Positions 57,770 through 64,000 of a stretch of DNA of 64,000 bases are shown here, piece by piece. The stretch is taken from contig BLSG01000419.1 in NCBI GenBank assembly GCA_012862495.1, positions 12,121-76,120 of the forward strand. The letters run 5' to 3'. Below the pieces are notes generated by a model. That model saw only the letters and a program-made list of their open reading frames with translations, did not search any database and was not told the origin of the DNA. The position numbers were made by a program, and so were the translations under genes. Origin of the DNA: Thraustochytrium aureum (lineage: Eukaryota). Numbering within the stretch: the first letter of the stretch is position 1; every line of letters begins with the position of its first letter.

Positions 57770-59071
57770 ATGCCGGCCGAGACGATCAAGACGCCGCTCA
57801 CGGAGAAGCTCGGGCTCAAGTACCCGATCATGCTCGCCGGGATGAGCGGCGTTGCGCACAGCGACCTCGTCGCCGCCGTGTCGCTGGCTGGGTAATCGAG
57901 TGCTNNNNNNNNNNNNNNNNNNNNNNNNNNNNNNNNNNNNNNNNNNNNNNNNNNNNNNNNNNNNNNNNNNNNNNNNNNNNNNNNNNNNNNNNNNNNNNNN
58001 NNNNNNNNNNNNNNNNNNNNNNNNNNNNNNNNNNNNNNNNNNNNNNNNNNNNNNNNNNNNNNNNNNNNNNNNNNNNNNNNNNNNNNNNNNNNNNNNNNNN
58101 NNNNNNNNNNNNNNNNNNNNNNNNNNNNNNNNNNNNNNNNNNNNNNNNNNNNNNNNNNNNNNNNNNNNNNNNNNNNNNNNNNNNNNNNNNNNNNNNNNNN
58201 NNNNNNNNNNNNNNNNNNNNNNNNNNNNNNNNNNNNNNNNNNNNNNNNNNNNNNNNNNNNNNNNNNNNNNNNNNNNNNNNNNNNNNNNNNNNNNNNNNNN
58301 NNNNNNNNNNNNNNNNNNNNNNNNNNNNNNNNNNNNNNNNNNNNNNNNNNNNNNNNNNNNNNNNNNNNNNNNNNNNNNNNNNNNNNNNNNNNNNNNNNNN
58401 NNNNNNNNNNNNNNNNNNNNNNNNNNNNNNNNNNNNNNNNNNNNNNNNNNNNNNNNNNNNNNNNNNNNNNNNNNNNNNNNNNNNNNNNNNNNNNNNNNNN
58501 NNNNNNNNNNNNNNNNNNNNNNNNNNNNNNNNNNNNNNNNNNNNNNNNNNNNNNNNNNNNNNNNNNNNNNNNNNNNNNNNNNNNNNNNNNNNNNNNNNNN
58601 NNNNNNNNNGGTGGCATCAGCGATGGCAAGGGCGTGGCTGCCGCGCTCAACCTCGGCGCCTCGGGCGTGTGGGTAGGAACACGGTTCGTCTCGAGCGTCG
58701 AGTCGCACGCGTCGCAGCGGCACAAGGAGACCCTGGTCGCCGCCGGCTCGCTCGATACGATGCGGACACTCATCTTCTCGGGCCGCCCCCTGCGCGCGTT
58801 CAAGAGCGATTACGTGAACGACTGGGAGAGCAACAAGAAGGATGATATCGACAAGCTTTGCTCGCAGGGTATTGTCCCTTTCGAGCACGATCTCAAGGAG
58901 GCCCAGCGCCTGAACAAGCCCTTTCAGCTCGCAGCCAACTTCCCGTTGCTGTTTGGCCAAGGCTGCGAAACGATACACGACATCAAGCCTGCGGCCGAGA
59001 TTGTGGAGGAGCTCATGACCGACGCTATCGCCACCATGCGCAAAGGCACGGCGCTCATTGCCAAGCTCTGA
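57770..59071 (+). CDS. Nitronate monooxygenase / 2-nitropropane dioxygenase family flavoprotein (middle in gap)
   Basis: TPLTEKLGLKYPIMLAGM.GVA..DLVAAVS.AG then a likely donor GTAATC. After the gap, GGISDGKGVAAALNLGASGVWVGTRF...ES...SGRPLR...GQG...I.DIKPAAEIVEELM. Confidence 0.88.
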
Positions 59072-59230
59072 ACCTGCGAGAACCTTGACGGCGAGCCGCC
59101 GCCGACTCGCTCTAGCTCTCAGGAGCTCTCTACTTGCTAGCTAGTAGCTAGCGAGAGCAGAGCGAAGGCGGCAAGTGAGAATCCATCTGCACCCTTTATT
59201 TTTCGTTCGTAAGACTCGCCCAGCGGCTGA

Positions 59231-62131
59231 CTACGAGGCCGTTCCCTCGGCACGCTTGGCCTGCCACACCGGCTTTTTGTTGGTCAAGATTCGCAGCGCA
59301 GTCCCCGCCTCCACAACCATGTCCTTTCCGCACTGGCGCCACGGCGTGCCGGACTCCAGCGAGGCAGCCATCTCGGCCCGAATAAAGTCGCCATCTAGAC
59401 GATACTCTTCCAGCACGTTGCGCTTGAGCGCGTCAAAAATATCCTCCACCGTCGTGCCGGGCAGAGCCTGCAGGCAGTCTCGGAAACCGTGCACTGGCGC
59501 GCCGCCGGCCTGGGCAGCCTTGCCGGCGCGCGGGTCGATCGGCGCCCCAGACTTGAGGTCGCTCACTGGATACACAAGGACCGGCTGGCGCTGCTGAATT
59601 GCCGCGGAGATGCAGTCCAAGACGCCAGTGCCGCCCAACGCCGCGAAGACCCGGCCTGCCGCGTCCAGCCGATTCTTGTTTGACTTTGTGTCCCCGCCGA
59701 GGGCAGCGAGCGCGGCGGACGCGTCCGGGATCAAGTACGACGTCGCCCCAAGCTCGTACGTTGCAGCGCCCGCTCTGGCAAGCGCGAGCAATGTGGTCTC
59801 GGCCATCGCCTGCAAGTCACGGCCACATAGCCTTGCTCGGCCGCGTTTCGGCGCGCCGCCTCGAGTGGCGCGAGATCACCCGCGGCCAGCAGCTTGTCGA
59901 CCTTGTTGAGTGCCAAGCACATGGGGAACCGCACGCTGAGAAAGTGCGCCACGAGGCGGTGCAGGTGGCGCGCGACCAGACGTTAATCTGCTGTAGGTCG
60001 AGCCCGGCGCGGAACGCCGCTGCCGTGACAGCGCTGCGCGAACCTTGGTAGCCGGAGAAGAGGGCGAGCATGCGGTCTTCGGCGGCTTTTTCGGAGGCCC
60101 GCGCCGAACGCACCACAGAACGCCACTTGGCAGCGACGTTGCCGAAAATCCACCGGTGCAACTCCTCGCGCACCCACTTGATGTCCTTTTCGGCCGATGA
60201 GGCGGAGCCGTCCTCGCGCAGCACGGCCACGCCATTCTGGTCGCTGGATCCACTCACGTCAACGACGTGAACGAGCACATCGGCGTCGCAAAGGTCGTTC
60301 AAAAACCGATTGCCCTTGCCTTGGCCTTTGTATGCCCCTGGGATGAGCCCAGCCACGTCCTTGATGAGCAGTGGGAGGAGGCGGCGGCCCTGCGCATCGC
60401 GCCCGAAGCGCGGCGCAGTGTGCGCGGCGGCGGCCTGATCAGCGGCGTCTGCCGATGCCCACCACCCGGTGCCAAAGTTGGGCTCAATCGTCGTGAAAGG
60501 GTGTGCAGTACCTTTGCCTCGTTTTGCAGNNNNNNNNNNNNNNNNNNNNNNNNNNNNNNNNNNNNNNNNNNNNNNNNNNNNNNNNNNNNNNNNNNNNNNN
60601 NNNNNNNNNNNNNNNNNNNNNNNNNNNNNNNNNNNNNNNNNNNNNNNNNNNNNNNNNNNNNNNNNNNNNNNNNNNNNNNNNNNNNNNNNNNNNNNNNNNN
60701 NNNNNNNNNNNNNNNNNNNNNNNNNNNNNNNNNNNNNNNNNNNNNNNNNNNNNNNNNNNNNNNNNNNNNNNNNNNNNNNNNNNNNNNNNNNNNNNNNNNN
60801 NNNNNNNNNNNNNNNNNNNNNNNNNNNNNNNNGTCGTGAAGGGGTGTGCAGCTACCTTTGCCTCGTTTTGCAGGCGGGTTACGCAGTTGAAAAAGGTGCT
60901 CTTCCCGGCCGAAGGCTTGCCGACGAGGCCCACGATGAACTTTCGCACACCACGGGCCTGCGCAACCTGCCCAAAGTCGTCCTTGGGATCGCGTAGCCGC
61001 CTGCCAACCTCTTCGCAGGCCTCGCGCGTTGCGCGCTCGACCATCGAAGACTCTGTTTCTTCATCCTCTTCCTCCCAAATTCGCACCACGTGCTCGGGGG
61101 AGGCAGCGGTTGCATCTCTGCTGTCGCCGCCCTCGTCGGCGTCGGCGTCGGCCGAGCTGCGCGGCGTAGACTTGGACAAAGCACTTGCCAGGTTGTTCTC
61201 ATCATTGAGCCACTCTTCGGCGCAGCTCACCGCTGAGAATGCGCATGGCATGCCGGCTTGTGCGTCCAGTTCTGCGCGGATCGCGGCGAGGAGGGCGCGT
61301 TCGGCCTGGTCCGGGAACTGGAGCATGTCCATTTCATGCTCGATGCGCACTGTCGGGGGGTCCTCGGGATAGCTCGCGGGCAGAGCGAGCACCAAGTTGA
61401 GGCGCACCTTGGAGCTGGGTTGCGCAAGTGCGACGCGCATCACGGCGCAGGGCTGCCCCGAACGCTCTGGTGGATTCTGCATCAGTGTCAGCGTGTCGGG
61501 GTAGATGGAGACCATGGCCTCCACCTCGTCGCGCTGCTCTTGCGCAGACTCGTCACTGCTGCATACAAGGCAGGCCGGGGCCGGCACGGGGTGGGCGGCC
61601 ATGGTCGCTGGCGCGATGCTCGGCGGCGTTAGAGCCTCGCTCTGAGCGACACGCTCAAGAAACTCAACATAGATAGCCATCGCTGCGCCGTTTGTTGGGA
61701 AGCAGTGGCCCTTGTCGTGCTGGAACACTTGCGCGTCGCGGAACATCGCGGCGACTTTAGCGCTCGCGGTGTGGTCGACGACCTGGTCTGCAGTTCCGTA
61801 GACGTGCAAGCTCGGCACAGCCAGCTCGCCCTCGGCTGGCGAAACCCCTGCGCCCCACAGGAATCCTGCTGCAGATTCGGCCAGCGGGGTGCCCCCGACG
61901 AGGACAAATTTCAACCCAGGAAACTCGTCCTTGCGCGAAGCCATTGCGCAGGCCATGGACCCGCCCATGCTAAAGCCCAGCACGCCATCAAAACGGGCCT
62001 TGGTCGCGCCAAACGGTGCGTAGGAGCTCGAGCGACTCGCTCAGCGTCCGATGGGCTTGCTCAGCCGTCCCGCTGTACTTCCACCACGTGCGAGTGGCGA
62101 CGTCCTCGCCCTCGCGTTTCGGCAGCTCGTG
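59231..62131 (-). CDS. Fusion protein: FSH1-type serine hydrolase + RWD domain + OBG-family (Ygr210-like) GTPase with TGS-like tail
   Basis: PFDGVLGFSMGG / PSLHVYGTADQVV / HDKGHCFP; EQRDEVEAMVSIYPD...LPASYPEDPP; VGLVGKPSAGKSTFFN, HPFTT, DVAGLIPGAYKGQGKGNRFLNDLCDADVLVHVVDVSG, LNKVD, FRDCL..LPGTTVED. Several indels. The first two domains and the G1/G2 motifs lie in one continuous ORF. Confidence 0.85.
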
Positions 62132-62384
62132 NNNNNNNNNNNNNNNNNNNNNNNNNNNNNNNNNNNNNNNNNNNNNNNNNNNNNNNNNNNNNNNNNNNNN
62201 NNNNNNNNNNNNNNNNNNNNNNNNNNNNNNNNNNNNNNNNNNNNNNNNNNNNNNNNNNNNNNNNNNNNNNNNNNNNNNNNNNNNNNNNNNNNNNNNNNNN
62301 NNNNNNNNNNNNNNNNNNNNNNNNNNNNNNNNNNNNNNNNNNNNNNNNNNNNNNNNNNNNNNNNNNNNNNNNNNNNNNNNNNNN

Positions 62385-63600
62385 TGGCACACGAGCACAC
62401 GAGCAGCTCAGGCTGCGCCAGTACCAGCTCAAGGAGCCGCTCGACGCGCAGGAAATCTCAGCCGAGCAGGGCACGCGCACTCCGGTGTTGTTCGAGGTCG
62501 AGCAGTTGGTGTCGGCGCAGAGGCTGCACGGCAGGCAGGTAAAGGCGATGATCAAGGTGAGACTCAAGCAGGACCTGGACGTCCGGCGGCGCAAGGGCGA
62601 CGTAATTGAGGTCGCGGAAGGCTATGGACGAACGTACTTGATCAAGAACGGGCTTGCGGAGCGGTTCCAGGAAGACCGGCACAACGCGTGGGACCCGCGC
62701 AAGCTCTCCGAGCAGGAAAGCGTGGACGCCAACGTGGTGATGACCGAGTTTCGCCGCCAAATGTACCAGGGAGGCGTGCGCAAGTGGTCGATCAACGGCT
62801 TGAACCGCGTCTTTGACAACGTCGACAGGGAGTCGATGGACGAGGCCCTCAACCCGGTCGAGTTCGAAGAGGCGATAAACAAGTTTGGCGTCTTCCTGGA
62901 AAAGCGCGCGATCCTGACGCTCTTCAGGGCCTTTGACTCGAGTGGTGATGGTCGAATCAGCTATCGCGAGTTTGTGACCGGAATCCGCGGCGCGATGAAC
63001 GAGCGCCGCTACAACATAGTCAAGAAGGCCTGGGACGCACTGATGCGCAGGGGCGGGGCCCTGCTCTCGCCCGACCAGATTGTGCATTTTTCCGACCCCA
63101 CCAAACACCCGAACGTGACGTCGGGCCTTGACAAGGCGTCGACGGTGGCGGCGATGACGAAGGAGGGTCTCGCGCGGTGGTCGAACGACTCTGAGCTCGT
63201 CAACGAAGCGGGATTTGTCAACCACTTTACAGACTTGAGCGGGGCTGTGGACAGCGACGAGATATTTGTGAGCATGATTGAGCGACAGTTCGGAGTGAGC
63301 GAGTCGGAGGAGAGCGCCGAGACGGAGCAGGCTGTCAGGGACTTTGCGACTCGTCTTCTGGACAAGCTCCATCAAAAGTCGTTCCGTGGCGAGAGCGCGG
63401 CGCGGACCCTTCTGCGCGCATTCCAGTTTGTCAACTCGGACTGCATGGGCGGTATCACGCTGGCAGAGTTTCGAACGGCAATGGAGTCGCTTGGGTTTCG
63501 TGGCCCTGTGGTGGAGACTGTGTTTGCGCACTTTGACAAGTCGCGGAGCGGCCAGATCGAGTATCGCGAGTTTTCGGAGGCCCTCGCTGCGCAGTTTTGA
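62385..63600 (+). CDS. Calcyphosin-like EF-hand protein containing a ribosomal L9 N-terminal-like domain (5' part in gap)
   Basis: EF loops DSSGDGRISYREF, NSDCMGGITLAEF and DKSRSGQIEYREF. Calcyphosin motifs IRGAMNERR..IVKKAW, KHPNV.SG and DLSGAVDSDEIF..MI. MIKVRLKQDL...RKGDVIEVAEGYGRTYLIKNGLA upstream. Confidence 0.82.
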
Positions 63601-64000
63601 GGTGCCAGACCGGAATGACGCGACTGCATCGACCAGCCGCCGTTTGCGCTTTTCACGCCGTCAAACCCAATGGGGGGTGGGGTCGGCTCGTTTGCGACAA
63701 TCGAAATTCACGAGCGGGTTTGGGGGGACAAAGAAAGCAAGAAAGCATGCCAAGAGCGAGCACAACTTGCCAGACCGCGCGATTTCACGCGAAAAAAACA
63801 AGCCAATCGATGAGCGTTTCTAATACAAAAGCTCCTTTTCCACATCGGCACTCGCACTGCCGCCTGCAGCGGCAACAACCTCTGTCAGGCCCTCGTTGGA
63901 GCAGACGTGCATCGGCACCGCCTCTGCATTGGCAAACTTGATCTCCCGCCCGAAGTTGCGAAACAGGTGCTTCAGAAAGACCCAGTGTGACACTACAGCG

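Noticed and set aside
3110..60400. Pervasive frameshifts in conserved genes as programmed ribosomal frameshifting or RNA editing
   Set aside because: Most breaks are plus or minus one base in homopolymer runs (UBC9 T7, DAK A4, SABATH C4, formin T4, BBS4 C3, JmjC T5, IMP4) with no common slippery motif. This is typical of pyrosequencing-type assembly error, and essential genes are unlikely to all be pseudogenes.

Overview
GC-rich, gene-dense, intron-poor eukaryotic scaffold from a draft assembly, with many N-gaps and single-base indels, most of which fall in homopolymer runs. Gene content and style suggest a flagellated stramenopile protist, possibly labyrinthulomycete/thraustochytrid-like (inference only). 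About 30 protein-coding genes are recognisable. Housekeeping genes include TFIIS, UBC9, TMEM120, INCENP, DAK, RRF, CNOT10, DOT1, NUDT19, bL28, DHPS, IMP4, a nitronate monooxygenase and a JmjC protein. Cilium-associated genes include a PKD2-like channel, CCDC96, BBS4 and a calcyphosin-like protein. There are also lineage-specific membrane and surface proteins. The most notable items are unusual domain fusions: FSH1 hydrolase-RWD-OBG/Ygr210 GTPase; a TPR/Gly-rich/FH2 formin with no polyproline FH1; CAP-MABP-like-CCDC96; ribosomal-L9-N plus calcyphosin; and an EF-hand-PKD2 channel with a wHTH-like tail. Also notable are a SABATH-type methyltransferase, a tRNA-sized B-box element, and CTAG-rich tracts that recur mostly at gene 3' ends. 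No rRNA, CRISPR array or intact transposon was found. All calls come from motif recognition by eye; no database search was run.
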